From NCBI RefSeq assembly GCF_006345805.1, contig NC_043021.1, positions 10,602,001-10,666,000 of the forward strand: 64,000 nt of DNA, in the 5' to 3' direction. Within the stretch, counting starts at the first letter, position 1; each line of letters starts with the position of its first letter. The DNA comes from Octopus sinensis. Taxonomy: Eukaryota. Under the pieces are notes generated by a model. The model saw nothing but the letters and a program-made list of their open reading frames with translations, searched no databases and had not been told where the DNA came from. Below, in pieces: positions 51,151-64,000 of the stretch. A program made the translations under genes and the position numbers.

Positions 51151-52753
51151 TGCCCTCATGCTCGGCTCTGCCTCCCTTCTTCTTCTTTTTTTTCTTCTAC
51201 TTTTTCTCCTCCTCCTCCTCCTCTTCCTCCTCTTCAGTAGACTGGTGAAGCAAGGTAATGGTTGGAGGGAAGATAGATTGCTCACCACACACACACACAC
51301 ACACACAATGAACTGTATGCATACTCTTAGTTCTCATGCAAGTTCTGCTCATATACATACATACATACACACACACACACATACACACACACACATACAT
51401 ACATACATACATATATAAGTACGTACATACATACATAAGTACATACACACATACATAAATACATACACACATACATAAATACATACACACATACATACAT
51501 ACATACAACATAAATACATACAAACATACAAACATAAAAACATACATACATAAAAACATACACACATACATACATACATAAGTACATACATACATACCTA
51601 AACAAACACTTATAGTAGCTTTTCTTTACATATACACAGCTGTGTGTATAAATACATGCAGACATTATCTCACAAACTCACATGTACATACATACACAAT
51701 GCCTGTCAGTCTGTCTGAATGTGTTTTTATGTATGTGTATGTATCTGTGTGTATGTATACAAAGTGAAGTGTGATGGAGCCAGTTTTAGGCCTACACCCA
51801 TTCATTAGTGTTCACTATGACCCTTCCACCACCCCACCCCACCTCTCAGTATTTGAAATGAGGAGATAAAAAAAAATATCCCCTCTAGTTTAAACAGGGA
51901 ATACTAAATTAGGATATTATCTCATGAACTTCTCTATCCCCACCCCACCACACTCCACCCCATTCTCCTCTATTCTGACTGGCCAGTTGGGCGGAGGGTA
52001 TTGAGCTGTTCCCTCCTATTTCTTCCTTCCTTCCTTCCTTACTTCTTCTCTCATAACCATGCCTTTGGTTTCTGCTTATTTACTTCCTTGCAATCTCCCC
52101 TCACACACTCGCTCTACCCCCCTCCATCATCTATCTTCTATCTTTCTATTCAATTCTTTCCTCCACCTCTTCTCGGCAGGTTCTCTCCTTTTCTCCTCCC
52201 CCTCTTTCTCTTTCTCTCTCTCTCACTTTCCCTCCACACCTTTCATTTTTTTTTCTGCCCCTCCCATTTTATTACCATTTTCTCAACATCTTCTCTCTAT
52301 CCCTCCCCCCAATCCTTTTCCTACATCTTCCTTTAACCCCCCTCTCCTTCTCTCCTCCCTTCATTACACCTACACTTTACTTTCACTTTTCGCCACTTTC
52401 CACCTTTTTTTCATTTAAAAATCATTATTCCCCACCCTCATCCCACTTGTATATAAACATTTAATTAAATCGTAGATGTTTATGGTTTTATACTTTTGTA
52501 TGTATTTGCAGATGCACACACACACACACACACACATGCATACACAGTTGCATGAAAGATGCATGCATGCATACATACATACATACATGCATGAATGAAT
52601 GTATGTATGCATGTGCATATATGGATGTAGGGCCGCAGGTCTTTCTTACTTTAATTAATTGCTAATGGAAATTAATAATTCACTAAATATTCTTAACTAT
52701 AAATAAACATTGAAACTATGTCCTTGACAATCACACGTCGTGTAAAATACATG

Positions 52754-52806
<53 letters not shown>

Positions 52807-52811
52807 CACAC

Positions 52812-52854
<43 letters not shown>

Positions 52855-53204
52855 CTATAGCTACATAGTGTTTGAACTGTGTATACTCATGTGCATTTAA
52901 ATCTGTATATATGTACATATATGTGTATGTACATGTAGTGTGAGAACCATATGTAAATATGTAGCAGACCAGTCAGTTCTTAGCCAAATATTTTTCCTGA
53001 TTCTCACAGATGTTTTCCTGACAGCTTTGTCCTTGAACTTACTTCCAACATCTCATAAAACACAACAAACGGCACATTTAGTTTTGACCTACACCCTTGT
53101 TGTATATATTCAGTACACGGAATGCTTTGTGCCCCAACACTTAACGTGCATACACACACATACATAAACATATACATATGTATGTATGTATGTTATCTTA
53201 TCTT

Positions 53205-53421
53205 TTTTATCTTTTACTTGTTTCAGTCATTTGACTGCGGCCATGCTGGAGCACCGCCTTTATTCGAACAAATCGACCCCGGGACTTATTCTTTGTAAGC
53301 CCAGTACTTATTCTATCGGTCTCTTTTGCCGAACCACTAAGTGACGGGGACGTAAACAAACCAGCATCGGTTGTCAAGCAATGCTAGGGGGACAAACACA
53401 CACACACAAACACACAGACAT

Positions 53422-53464
<43 letters not shown>

Positions 53465-53629
53465 TACGACAGGCTTCTTTCAGTTTCCGTCTACCAAATT
53501 CACTCACAAGGCATTGGTCGGCCCGGGGCTATAGTAGAAGACACTTGCCCAAGATGCCACACAGTAGGACTGAACCCGGAACCATGTGGTTGGTTAGCAA
53601 GCTACTTACCACACAGCCACTCCTGCACC
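53205..53629 (-). mobile_element. tRNA-derived SINE family A
   Basis: Reverse-complement match to the 49544 copy. Confidence 0.9.
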
Positions 53630-53993
53630 TGTTAGTTATACTTTTAAAAAAAAATTTTTTTGAAATTCTTTCTAGAAAAAAATGAACCTTGTTTCTAACA
53701 AAGAAATGCTGCTCCATTGATCCTAGAATTTAGATAACAACATTGGTGAAGGGTTTCAGGTTCAAATTTAACCCTTTTAGCATTCAGATTATGCTGTCAA
53801 ATATAAAGACTCCCTTCAGTCATGGATGACCATGGGATTGCACCTAGAATGTAATTATTTATATAAATGTGTGAGCAATCACATATCATTATTGTACATG
53901 TATCTTTAGTACACATATTTATGTTTACTTTATGTGGCCATAGATGATAGCATGTATATGTTCATTCTAGGAAACTCGAATGTGTCCATGTGC

Positions 53994-54067
<74 letters not shown>

Positions 54068-54489
54068 GTATGTATCAGCAATGAGTAATCATTTTATCAA
54101 AACCAGAGAAATGAGTAGCATCCTTGCTAGTATTTGAACTCGGTATTTAGAGGGTAACACTGCAGGATATTTAGCCTGCTGTGTATGTGTATATATATAT
54201 ATATATATATCATCATCATCATTATCGTTTAACGTTTATTTTCCATGCTAGCATGGGTTGGACGGTTTGACTGGGGTCTGGGAAGCCAGGAGGCTGCACC
54301 AGCCTCTGGTCTGATCTGCCAGTGTTTCTACAGCTGGATGTCCTTCCTAACACCAACCACTCCGTGAGTGTAGTGGGTGCTTTTTACGAGCCACCGGCAC
54401 GGAAGCCAGTTGAAGCAACATTGGCATCGGCCACATACTTATTTCAGTCATTTGACTGCAGCCAGGATATATATATATAATCATGTTCA

Positions 54490-54650
54490 ATGCTATCCAA
54501 TCTCATGTTCAGTCTACTCCAGGCCTCCCTGGTTTCCATCTTTGCAACACAGATGTTTTACAAGTTTGCTGCAGATGTTCAACAAGGCCTGCATCTTCTT
54601 TTACCCTGCACTGTTTCCCAAAATAATAGTTGATGTATAACTACATTTAT
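54490..54650 (-). mobile_element. Degenerate RTE-like LINE 3' fragment
   Basis: Minus strand encodes ETVQGKRRCRP, resembling GxVxGxRxRGRP. Confidence 0.4.
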
Positions 54651-55319
54651 TTTTCTTCACCATCCGTGTCTCACAAACTTAAATTAGCATCTCTTGATGT
54701 TTTTTTTTTTTTTTGTTAATATTGGTATTATATATATTATATTTCCAAATAATACATTGTTTGGTAAATGTTGCTCCCAAGAAATGTTCTTGACACTCCT
54801 CAATGTTTTGAATAATCAAGGAATGCTTTCCTCTGTAGACAGCCTAACTGAATTGAAACAAGGGCACTGCTGGCTGCAAGCCTTTGAAATATTAAAAGAT
54901 ATTTCTGCTTTCAACTTAGAATGTTTGGACTTGGATGTTTAAAATCTGTGAAGTCACTACATTGACAGAAGAGCAATGCATTGAGATAATCTGCATACAG
55001 GAACATTAGGTTTTATCTTAAGGATGCTAGCATGGGAAAAGTATTGATGCATCTCACAATTTCAGCAGAAAAAGCTGGAAGCAATTCAGCGCTCACTATT
55101 ACTCTTGAACGCAAGGGCCTTTATAGCTTTGAATTCCTTTAAAAGTATGACTCCACATACAATGATTGCTTCATTTTATGGTAATCTAAGCACAAATGAA
55201 GATGATATGATCCAGTTTTATTGAAATTGCACTGATCTAACTTAAGTAATTCCCTAACCCAATGTCAAAACTATTGGAGCTGATATTAACACAAAAATTG
55301 GCTAAGAAGATGTTAAAGG

Positions 55320-55565
55320 TAGTGGTTCTCAGCTGGGGTTCATATGGCCCTTAGGGGATCTGTATAAGATTTTGCGGTTAAAGTTTGTGTGCAATAAATT
55401 GGTTATGCTTCTACAATGCATAAAATTATTCGTATACAATTTCTCGTGAGATTTAGTTATACAAATATAATTGGATTTTTAAAGCATTGAATGGCTACGA
55501 TGGCCCCTCTGAGTAAAATAGAAAACAAAAAGGTCCATAGGTAGAAAAAGGTTGAGAAACAGTGT
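55320..55565. mobile_element. hAT-like MITE. Related copies at 9162-9597 and 57740-57990; a different hAT-like MITE at 40271-40587
   Basis: Termini agtggttctcagct...aggttgagaaacagtg resemble CAGTGGTTCTCAACC hAT/Charlie TIRs; internal sequence is shared between copies. Confidence 0.7.
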
Positions 55566-56299
55566 GCTAAGGGATTCAAGTTTACCTCAATTTACCTCTC
55601 AGAATGGCAAATGTCCCCTAAATTTTCAAACTGTGTAAAATGAATATACAATATGCAAAGACCAAACAAAAAAAAATCTGTGGATGTTTACAACCCCAAA
55701 CTACACCAAGGCACTATTAAATCACATTTTATTCAACAAAGATTGGTAAAATATTGCTATGAACTATGGAGCTTATATTTTCCTTTTATTTTAACTGACG
55801 AATGGGACTATTGAATTGTGACAGGAAAGTTCCAAGGCAGGGCTTGAGAATAGATAAGAACTTAAGAAAAAAAAGGGTAAAAATGAGTATGTTATGACTG
55901 TGAAAGAAACTTACCACAGATGCAGATGTAAGAAACTCATATATGATTGCTATCAGAATTCACTTTGATTAAAAAAGAGAAAATGTCATCTGTGTTTAGA
56001 GTAGGCATCATAAATGCATATGAAAATGCAGCAGGAATAAATATTCTAAAAGTAGAAAGAGGAAACAATTAAATCCCGTGAGAAAGCAACGGAGATAATT
56101 AAAAGAAGGACTGAAGGAAGCATATGAAGTTACATCTATAAGTAAACTCATGAGAGCGAACAAAGCAACATTGCAATACATATGTATATATATGTATATA
56201 TATATATACACATATACACACATATGTACACACGCACATATACATTCTTTAACAATTGAATTAAAAATAATTTTTTGCAGAATTAAAAAGAGCTTTGTT

Positions 56300-56595
56300 A
56301 TTCTCTCTGTAAATGGCAGGAGACCATCACAGCTAGACAAAGGAAGCTGCTTGGCCATGTATTGTGCTTACTGTTGGATAAATCTGCAAGGACAACTGTT
56401 GAGTGGACAGTTGAAGAAGAAAGAGAGGCAGGCTGGTGAAGGGGTGACAAACGACTGGACTGCTTGAGAATACCTGACCGAGATGGGTGTCACCTGGGAA
56501 GAGGGGTGCAGTTTGGTTCAGAAAGGCACTGTTTGGAGAACTCTGATCACCTGATGCTCTTTTAGTGAATAGAGATAACATCATCATCATCATCA
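56300..56595 (+). mobile_element. Degenerate LINE (RTE-like) 3' fragment
   Basis: RQL..LGHVL-like start and EYLTEMGVTWEEGCSLVQKGTVWR; (CAT)n tail. Confidence 0.55.
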
Positions 56596-57624
56596 TTGTA
56601 CCTTGAAAAATTGTGTTCTTTAGTGGTGAAATATAAGATCCAGTTGGAATTAGGAATAGAGGATTGGACCTTATTGTCATCATCCCCCTCACATGTGTGA
56701 AGGATGGGCTGCAAGGTGAAATGGATCATGCAACAATCTGAATAATAGTAATAGTAATCCTTTCTCTATTGGTCACAAGGCCTGAAATTTTGCAGGGGAA
56801 GACTAGTCAATTACATCGACCCCAGTGTTTCATTGGTACTTAATTTATGAACCCCAAAAGGATGAAAGGCATAATCGACCTCAGTGGAATTTGAACTCAG
56901 AGCATAGGGATTAGTGAAATACTGCTAAGCATTTTGCCCAGCATGCTAATGATTCTGCCAGCTCATCACCTTGATAATAACAATAATTAGTAAAATAATA
57001 ATAATAGTTTTACATTTTGACACAAATCCCAAAATTTAGGTGGAAGCGGGTTAGTTGATTATTTTGACCCTAGTAATAGACTTGGAGGGATGAAAGGCAA
57101 AGTGGACATCAAGACAAAAGGCCTTCAAGTCGCTGTTGTGACCATAGTTATAATAATTGTGCTTTTTGCCTTGTACCATTAGTTTCATGCTCCTATATTT
57201 CTGCTCCGCTAAACTGGGCAAAGTTTTATTGTCAATAGGACTTGTAATTATGTATTGTGATATGAGAATGCATACTCTAATTAAATGTAGATAATCTTTC
57301 ATAATTAATCACAGTTATGGAGCTACTACTATTTGTGGGTATAAGATGACAAAATTAGGCTGAGTTTATTGTACTTTGTACATTTTAATGCCATTGAACT
57401 GTGTCATTCACTGGCTCAACCTTCTTTATTTAAGTCCCATATTTGGTACCTACACATTGGTTTCTGGCTTGTGTAACCTTTCTGATACCGACCTGCACAA
57501 AACTGCCCTTGGTTCTAATATATAAATTCCCGTTTTAAAGTGATCCAGATTAAAACCTTCCCTTGAAATTTCATGTTAATTTATTTATATCCCATATGCT
57601 AGCTGAAGAATGGCAGTTCTTTTA

Positions 57625-58108
57625 ATAAATTCTTCATTATTTTGAAAATTTGAAACAGAGGCAGATTATTTTAGCAGAAATATAACAAGGGATTAATGAT
57701 TATGTGATTATAACACCAACATGTGGTAGCCTGAGTTATAATTGGATTTTTTAAGCACTGAATGGCTATGATGGCCCCTCTGAGTAAAATAGAAAACAAA
57801 GGGGTCCACAGGTAGAAAATGGTTGAGAAACAGTGTGTTAAGGGATTCAAGTTTACCTCAATTTACCTTGTCAGAATAGCATAAACTTGAACCCCTTAAC
57901 ACACTGTTTCTCAACCATTTTCTACCTATGGATTTCTTTGTTTTCTATTTTACTCAGAGGATTCATCATAGCCATTCAATGTTTAAAAAATCCACCACTC
58001 AGGCTACCACATGTTGGTGTTATAATCACATAATCATTAATCCCTTGTTATATTTCTGTCAAAATAATCTGCCTCTGTTTCAAATTTTCAAAATAATGAA
58101 GAATTTAT
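57625..58108. repeat. Long inverted repeat, ~230-bp arms, 26-nt spacer
   Basis: 57625-57855 is the reverse complement of 57882-58108 with scattered mismatches. Confidence 0.92.
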
Positions 58109-58739
58109 AATTGCTGGTGTTACATTCCAAAACTTCCCACAATGGGTGAAAATCTGTGAAGTAGAATATATGCTGTATTTTTTAAATTATTTTTATAATT
58201 TGTAATAACAACACCATAGAGGAATCAATGTAAACTTTAATAAACCGCGATATGGTGAGGGATTACTGTATTAGCATAAAGTTGAGTGAAATGAAGCATT
58301 TTGCTCAAGGACACTAACACCCTACTTTGCTCAGGAATTGAAGCTATAATCTTACGATGGCGAGTGCAATGCCCTAACCACTGAGCCATGTGCTTTTATT
58401 ACTAAATGAGGAAGTGGTTGATATTGTATTTCAACTAATCTACCAATAGCCAGAAGACAAAGGATTCACTGTCCAAGAGTTTTAAAATGCCATAGATGTG
58501 TCAGAAATGCTAAACAAATTCTTGATCCATTAACTTATCGACTAAAACCTGTTGGGAATTAGGCCCCAGGGGCAGTCTTAGGTAATTTCCAGTTATGTAA
58601 GATCAGCATGTTCTAGCAAAGGATTAGATCTTGGTGGGTTTAGTGTGTGTTCCCAAGGGGTTTTTTAAATATATTTTTATATGTTTAAGCCAATATGTTT
58701 TCCAAATTTCTCTGCCACCTGTGGTTTTCTTTCTTCTTT

Positions 58740-59065
58740 ATGCCTTTAACCCTTCAATGCAGAGTATAGGCCACTTATAGTTGAATTCCATGTCGCATAA
58801 TTTTTGGCTTCTGTACTTATACTCTGCCATGAATGTCCCCCTTTCTCTAGTTCCTTTTGTGTTGATCTACGAGGCCACGAGTTCTTAGGCCTACCTCTCC
58901 TTCTATATCCATCCGGTTTCCACTGTAAAGCACTTTTCACTACATTTGGTGTATCTTTCCTAATTGTGCTACCAATCCACTTCCCACTTTTTCTTAAATA
59001 TTTGCTCCCTAATCGAAACTTGATTTGTTCTTTACCATAGCTCCATATTGCTTATGTGTTCAGGC
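58740..59065 (-). mobile_element. LINE (RTE/RTE-X-like) ORF C-terminal fragment
   Basis: KSALQWKPDGYRRRGRPKNSWPRR...GHSWQSISTEAKNYATW, preceded by a WIG-type motif. Confidence 0.75.
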
Positions 59066-59345
59066 CAACCCCTCATCCTCGTTGTGAGAGATGGAAACAG
59101 GTAAAGCTTGGTGAAGTTGAATGGGATAATCACCTGTGCAATGGATTTGATTGACAGTAACTAAAAGAAGCCCAAAGTGTGTGTATGTGTGTATATATAT
59201 ATATATGTGTGTTTGTGTGTGTCTGTCCCCCACCACTGCTAGGCAACTGGTTTGGTGTGTTTACATCCCCATAAGTTAGCAGTTTGGCAAAAGATGCCAA
59301 TAGAATAAGTATCAGACATTCTAACCACTGGGCCATGCCCCTTCA

Positions 59346-59396
<51 letters not shown>

Positions 59397-61735
59397 AGTA
59401 TGAGACAGAGTGTCAGTCCCTATAGTTTATATATATTCCATTCTTGTATTTATGTCTTAGCAATTTCTCTCCTTATAGTGTTGATATATAACCCCCCTCC
59501 CCGCCTTTACTGTTTTCTTTTCACTCTAAGGCCAATATGAAAATAGAAAAGAAATGGGTCAGCTAACCTTGAAATTTGTTTTTTCACTGATTCATCAGCT
59601 TGCAATATTTAAAACATCCACATTCAGTCACTAGTGGACCAGGGAGAGAAATGGGTTAAGGTGTCACTCTTTATATTTTTTGGGGTATTGTTTACTCTAT
59701 TACCTCACCACCACCACCATTCTTAAATTGCCACCATTATCATCCATTCTGCTATAATGAGTTGAAAGAAAAGAGGGGACACACATCTGAACAAAACTTC
59801 TAATGTGGGTTTGTTTGCTTAGCCCTTTATTGATATTCTTAGGGATTTTGTGTGGTATTTGTGGTTGTTTTCTCCTTCCTCCGCCTCTTCCTCCTCCTCC
59901 TCCGTCTTCTTCTTTTTCTTCTTCTTCTTCTCCTCCTCCTCCTCAAACCAGGACTATTAGGGCTCTTGGTGTTTGCAGTTTTGGTAATGGTTGTGTTGTC
60001 AGGGGTCAGTGGTGATAACTATCTCATAAAAGGTCAGTCTCCAGATAGTAGTTGAAGAGTCCAGTTTAAGAATCAGGGTGGGGGATGTTGTTGTTTAGCC
60101 ATAGTACAACCCTAATCAAGCGGATATAGGATCAAAGGCATTCCGGACATGACCAACATGACCATTCTATCTGTCTTCTCAGCCATGTTGTTGTTGTTCT
60201 GAATACATTCTCCAATTTTTTTTTTTGTTGTTTTTGTTTTTGATGGCAGGATGATTTGAAGGAGGTCTGTCTACTATTTCTGTGTGTGTTTTATCTTGTT
60301 TCTGTGATCAGACTGAGGCACCACCTTGAAGGTTTTTACTTGAATGAATCGCTGCGAGTACTTGTTTTTAAAGCTCCATACTTATTCTTTTGGTTTCTTT
60401 TATCAAACCACTAAGTTACAGGGACACAAACAAACCAACACAGGTTGTTAAGCAGAGCCGGAGGACAAACCTTGATGCAAAGACACACACACACACAGAG
60501 CCATAAAAATCATGCCAAAAGAGATAGTGAAGCTTGGTGCAGTCTTCTGGTTTCCCAGTTCCTGTGAAACCATCCAACCGATGCCAGCATGGAAAAGGGA
60601 CGTTAAATGATGATAATGATGATGACATGCACAACAGGCTTCTTTCAGTTTCCACCTACCAAATCCCTTCGCATGTGTTTGGTCAGTTTTGAAGATGCTT
60701 GTCCAAGGTATCACCCAGTGGGACTGAACCCAGAACCATGTGGTTGGGAAGCAAAATTCTTACCACACAGCCATGCTTGTGAGTGCACACACACACACAC
60801 CTACCCAGTATAGCCTGTATGCACACCAATCACAATAACTTTATACAAATCTGCCCTGTTTGACAATCCCTTAGAGTATAATGGGGGAAGGCTGAGGGTG
60901 AGGGCCTTTCCACTTCAGGCTATTCTATAAAAACCCAAAACCCAGTGAAATAAATTGCTAGAATAGGGCATGTTTTCACACTCTATGCAGAACCAGTTCT
61001 CAGAAATGGTTGTTTACGATATCTGATCTCGCCCACTGTCACCTAGTATTAGTTGGTTTCGGTGACCAAGGGCTGTTCTAAAGGAATGTTAGTGGCGGGG
61101 GGGGGGGGGGGACAATTACTATAAGGTGGAGCTGTGTGTGTATGAATGAAGTGCTTATCTATTGCGATCACATGACCTAGATGGCAATCTCAGGGTATTT
61201 ACCTCCGCACAGTAGATTCCGCTGTCCCTAAGGACATCTCTGTGCACACTCTCTATCCACCCACTGGCCTCCTTGACATACCAACCAACCAACCAACAAA
61301 CAAACAAGCCAACCAACCAGCTAGCCAAATAACCTAGCTCATAAAGGAATCATAGAGCAATAGAATTATGGGTGAAGCGAAATGCGTTCGTTTAGATACT
61401 GATTTTGTTATTGGTATTACAAATACGTACAAGTAGTATTTGCTTTACTATCGCACATGTGTATGTGTTTATTTCTTAAACTTTTACAAGGAAAGGTTTG
61501 GCAGTGACTTCAAATTGTGTATGTGTATGCATCTGAGTACACACACACATACAGACACACACACACATTGCTTATTGAGAACATGTACACAAATTTATAT
61601 TGAAATACCTTTGGTTTTTGTTAGATGTGAGTTGTCTTAAATTATTAACAAATGTGTCCTTTAATACTCCTTACACCCTTCATGTACATCGTATGTATGT
61701 ATGTATTATATATATATACATATATATATATGGGT

Positions 61736-62460
61736 GTAGGCATGGCTGTGTGGTAAGAAGGCGGCGAGTTTGCAGAAACGTTAGCATGCCAAGAGAAATG
61801 CTTAGTGGTATTTCGTCTGCCATTACGTTCTGAGTTCATATTCCGTCGAGGTCGACTTTGCCTTTCAGCCTTTTGGGGTTGATAAATTAAGTGCCAGTTA
61901 TGCACTGGGATCATTGTAATCGACTTAATCCTTTTGTCTGTCCTTGTTTGTCCCCTCTATGTTTAGCCCCTTGTGGGTAGTAAAGAAATAGGTATTTCGT
62001 CTGCCATTACGTTCTGAGTTCAAATTCCGCCAAGGTCGACTTTGCCTTTCATCCTTTCAGGATGTGTGTGTCATAACTATAAATTAAGTACCAGTTACAC
62101 ACTGGGTTCGATCTAATTGACTTAATCCCTTTGTCTGTCCTTGTTTGTCCCCTCTGTGTTTAGCCCCTTGTGGGCAAAAGAAAAAAGAAAAATAAGAAGT
62201 TGTTTCCTAACTGCAGGGTTCTGTATTCAGTCCCACAGCATGGCACCTTGGCCAAGTGTCGTCTGCTATAGCCCCAGGCTGACCAAAGCCTTGTGAGTTG
62301 AATTTGGTAGATGGAAACAGAAAGAAGCCTGTCATACATGTGTATGTATGTGTGTGTGCGCACGTATCACTGTGTTTGTTCCCTGCCATCATTTTCCAAC
62401 TGATGTTGGTTTGTTTACATCCCCGTAATTTAGTAAGTCCAGTGACTGAAAGAAGTAAAA
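61736..62460 (+). mobile_element. Family A SINE interrupted by two family B SINE units
   Basis: The A head stops at taagaag (61754-61760) and resumes after a second taagaag (62193-62199); B units lie between. Confidence 0.85.
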
Positions 62461-62664
62461 GATGAAGGATATATATATATGTGTGTGTATGTGTGTATCT
62501 ATATATGTTAGTGTGTGAGTATTCACAATTTCTATTGAATGTTGCTTTCTCGTAAGTTGTCAGGATTTGTTTGTTTAGATTGCTAGCTTGATTTCTAATA
62601 ATACATGTGGGTGGGTTGAATTGTTGTATATATATATATATGTGTGTGTGTGTATATATATATA

Positions 62665-62765
<101 letters not shown>

Positions 62766-63620
62766 GTATGTATGTATACACACATGATAATAATATTGAA
62801 TCATTAGATTTAATGTACTTCTGAAAAGTTTTGTTGCTGAGGTATAATATTACCTCTAAGAAATTGAGTTTATCTTGAGGTTACTACATTTATTTCTGCA
62901 AGTCTTTCCTGAGAAAAAATATTGAATAGGCTCACAAAATCTCTCTCACTCTCATGCTATCACACACATAGGTACTTATTCAAAATCCATAACAGCATTG
63001 CTGTTAGGAATTATGAGTAATATGAAACTCCACTAGAATAAACATTTCCTTTTCCTGTGTTTGATTTTATTTTTGCCATTTTTTCACTCTCTTTGAATAG
63101 TATCTTGTTCCCTAATTAGTAATAATTAAAACTGAATTCATTTCTTTTATAAATTAATAGTACCGGCATGGAACTCTTAATGATATCCTTCTAGAGGAAA
63201 CATGAAATCCCTATTGAACACACACCATTTCCTTGTCATTCTGTTCTCTATTCTCTTTGTTCTTCCAAACAGTACTTTTGTTCAGTCGTTAGTAATTATT
63301 ATTTCTACTGTAGGCACAAAGCTTTGAAAATGTTTTGAAGGAAAAGGGCTAGTCGAATACATCGACCCCCCCCCCCCAGTGCGTAACTGGTACTTATTTT
63401 ATCGGCCCCGAAAGGATGAAAGGCAAAGTCAACCTCGGCAGGATTTGAACTCAGAATGTAACAGCAGACGGAACATTGCTAAGCATTTTGCCCAGTGTGC
63501 TAACAATTCTGCCAGCTCGCTGCTTTTGTTCAATCATTAATAATCTTAAGAGTAGGATTAAGAATTGGCAGAACCACTTAGGGGCCAGAAAAATCCTTTG
63601 CGATGTTTGTTCTGGCTTAA

Positions 63621-64000
63621 AGGCGTTGAGCTGGCAGAATTGTTAGCATGCGGCAAGCTAGCAGAAATGTTAGCACGCCGGGTGAAATCCTTAGCGGTAT
63701 CTCGTCTGCCATTACGTTCTGAGTTCAAATTCCGCTGAGGTCGACTATGCCTTTCATCCTTTCGGGGGTCGATAAATTAAGTACCAGTTACACACTTGGG
63801 GTCGATATAATCGACTTAATTCGTTTGTCTGTCCTTGTTTGTCCCCTCTGTGTTTAGCCCCTTGTGGGCAATAAAGAAATAAGAATTGTTAGCATGCTGG
63901 GCAAAACGCTTGGCAGCATTTCAGCTGTCTTTAAGTTCTGAGTTCAAATTTTGCTAAGATTGACTTTACTTTTCATCCTTTTAGAGTTGATAAAATAAGT
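63621..64000 (+). mobile_element. Family B SINE (63651-63881) inserted in another family B SINE
   Basis: 15-bp duplication agaattgttagcatg at 63636-63650 and 63882-63896. Confidence 0.88.

Noticed and set aside
59860-59945. Poly-Arg or poly-Pro/Ser frames (also 51175-51235)
   Set aside because: (CCT)n/(CTT)n microsatellite without convincing splice sites.

Overview
This is an AT-rich, microsatellite- and transposon-dense eukaryotic window. The SINE families and (TA)n/(CA)n/(TAA)n density look like an Octopus (coleoid cephalopod) genome; that is inferred from repeat content, not verified. One clear protein-coding gene is present: a minus-strand secreted leucine-rich-repeat protein with its whole CDS in one exon (45032-46855, 607 aa), a probable non-coding first exon and a TATA-like/Inr promoter near 51.1 kb. 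A chain of short, phase-compatible plus-strand exon candidates (5518-5592, 6337-6378, 15408-15468/15492, 31430-31620, 37801-37878) suggests a large, unidentified gene; the LRR gene may be nested antisense in one of its introns. The rest is mobile DNA: modular tRNA-derived SINEs, RTE-like and R4/Dong LINE relics, a deleted mariner, hAT-, piggyBac- and Helentron-type non-autonomous elements, and Penelope-like fragments carrying degenerate minimal hammerhead ribozymes and fold-back repeats. Nearly all short ORFs in the track are microsatellite or TE artefacts. Repeat boundaries were read by eye and are approximate; no searches or folding programs were run.
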